Shown here one piece after another: positions 63,061 through 64,000 of a DNA stretch of 64,000 nucleotides. The position numbers and the translations under genes were made by a program. This stretch comes from Hydrolagus affinis (lineage: Eukaryota). Under the pieces are notes generated by a model. It worked only from the letters and a program-made list of their open reading frames with translations. It was not told the DNA's origin and made no database searches. The stretch is taken from positions 1 through 64,000 of the forward strand of contig JAAILG010000882.1 of NCBI GenBank assembly GCA_012026655.1. The letters run 5' to 3'. Within the stretch, counting starts at the first letter, position 1, and every line of letters starts with the position of its first letter.

Positions 63061-64000
63061 GAACAACAGCAAAATCACAGTTGCAGAGCAGGTTTCACAT
63101 CGGGAGGACATCCCAAAGCGCTGAACAGTTAAGAGTCAGGACCTGAGTGTGGCAGGTTAGTGGGGTGGGGTGGGGGGCAGGGTTGGGATGAGGAAGGTCA
63201 GAGAAGTAGGGTGTGGCTGAAGGCACGATCGAAAAGGAGGGACTTGAGTCGGTTCTTAAAGGAGGCAAGGGAGGGGTGGGGATGGGGTCAAGGGAGTAGG
63301 TGGTATGTTTCATGGTCAATATAGTGATGATGAGAGAGGAGGAGTAGATAGGTTTGAAAATGTGGTAGAAGGGATGGGTAGAGGTCGGAGTGTGAGGGGG
63401 AGATGGGGAGGGTGTAATGGTTGGGAAGGTAGAGGCAGCTGAAAGGATTCCCTCAATTTTGGACTCAAGAATATCCAACATCTCCTCACAGTCAGAATTT
63501 GAGGAGAGAATAGGTGAGAGTGGGTGGGAGGGTGGGGTGGTGGTGGACAGAGGAACCAGTTGGTGGTGGAGAATAGGAGCCTATGGTTGTACTTCATCTC
63601 CAAGATTATTTTGGGAGTAGAAGGACAATTTGGCGGTGGCGAGGCAGAGCAGTACGTTTTGATGTGGTCCAGCCAGATATGCCAGTGGACTGTTAGGTCA
63701 GAGTTGAGCGTATGGCAGTCCACACCTGATCCTTGAGGGAGCGTAAGTGGCTGGTGTACCAGGGTGAGCTTTCATGAATAGGAGGCAGTTTGAGACGTGA
63801 GGGGGTCAAGGGCATTGTGAGTGGTGGGTATTATTGGAGGAGAGTGAGCGAGGAGGATATATCAGTGCGGGAGGTAGGTCAGAGTGGGAGGAGTTCAGAT
63901 GATTCCAGGGTTGTGGAGAGGGATGGTGGGGAGATATGCTAATGATATGCAATTTATATATCCAGATGTACGAGGGAAAAAGAAATGTCAAATACTTGGA
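63061..64000 (-). mobile_element. Internally deleted L2: 3' tail joined to the ORF2 linker region; continues past the window end
   Basis: Tail TTTCACATCGGGAGGACATCCCAAAGCGCTG. Minus-strand MKHTTYSLDPIPT and HWHIWLDHIKTY..SA motifs belong to the region before the RT. Confidence 0.75.

Overview
AT-rich, repeat-dense vertebrate genomic DNA. The repeat content (Deu-domain tRNA-SINEs, L2 and CR1 LINEs, Penelope-type termini) suggests a cartilaginous fish, possibly a chimaera; this is an inference. The window contains the 5' part of EYA4 (eyes absent 4) on the + strand. Three coding exons are recognisable by translation and GT-AG boundaries: 46099-46148 (VKKTQPDSDVTELQNSR), 54951-55075 ([11 protein letters not shown]...NGTA) and 61069-61140 (GDTSMTILNTADWLLGCSTPSSAS). 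A candidate non-coding first exon and promoter (about 24020-24359) lies in a ~7 kb transposon-free block. Almost all ORFs in the supplied track are spurious or LINE remnants. Main points of interest: (1) a minimal hammerhead-ribozyme motif in a Penelope-type terminus, antisense in an EYA4 intron (60176-60212); (2) a possible dual-frame exon, whose out-of-frame ATG becomes in-frame if the 125-nt MEMQ exon is skipped; (3) no recognisable MEDSQ-type start exon, but two candidate exons ending in ATG|GT; (4) young hAT and pogo/Tigger MITEs with intact TIRs and TSDs; (5) covarying 3' stem-loops shared by L2 LINEs and SINEs; (6) several short fold-backs and an unclassified 4-copy repeat. Repeat boundaries were set by eye and are approximate, and comparisons with human EYA genes are from memory.
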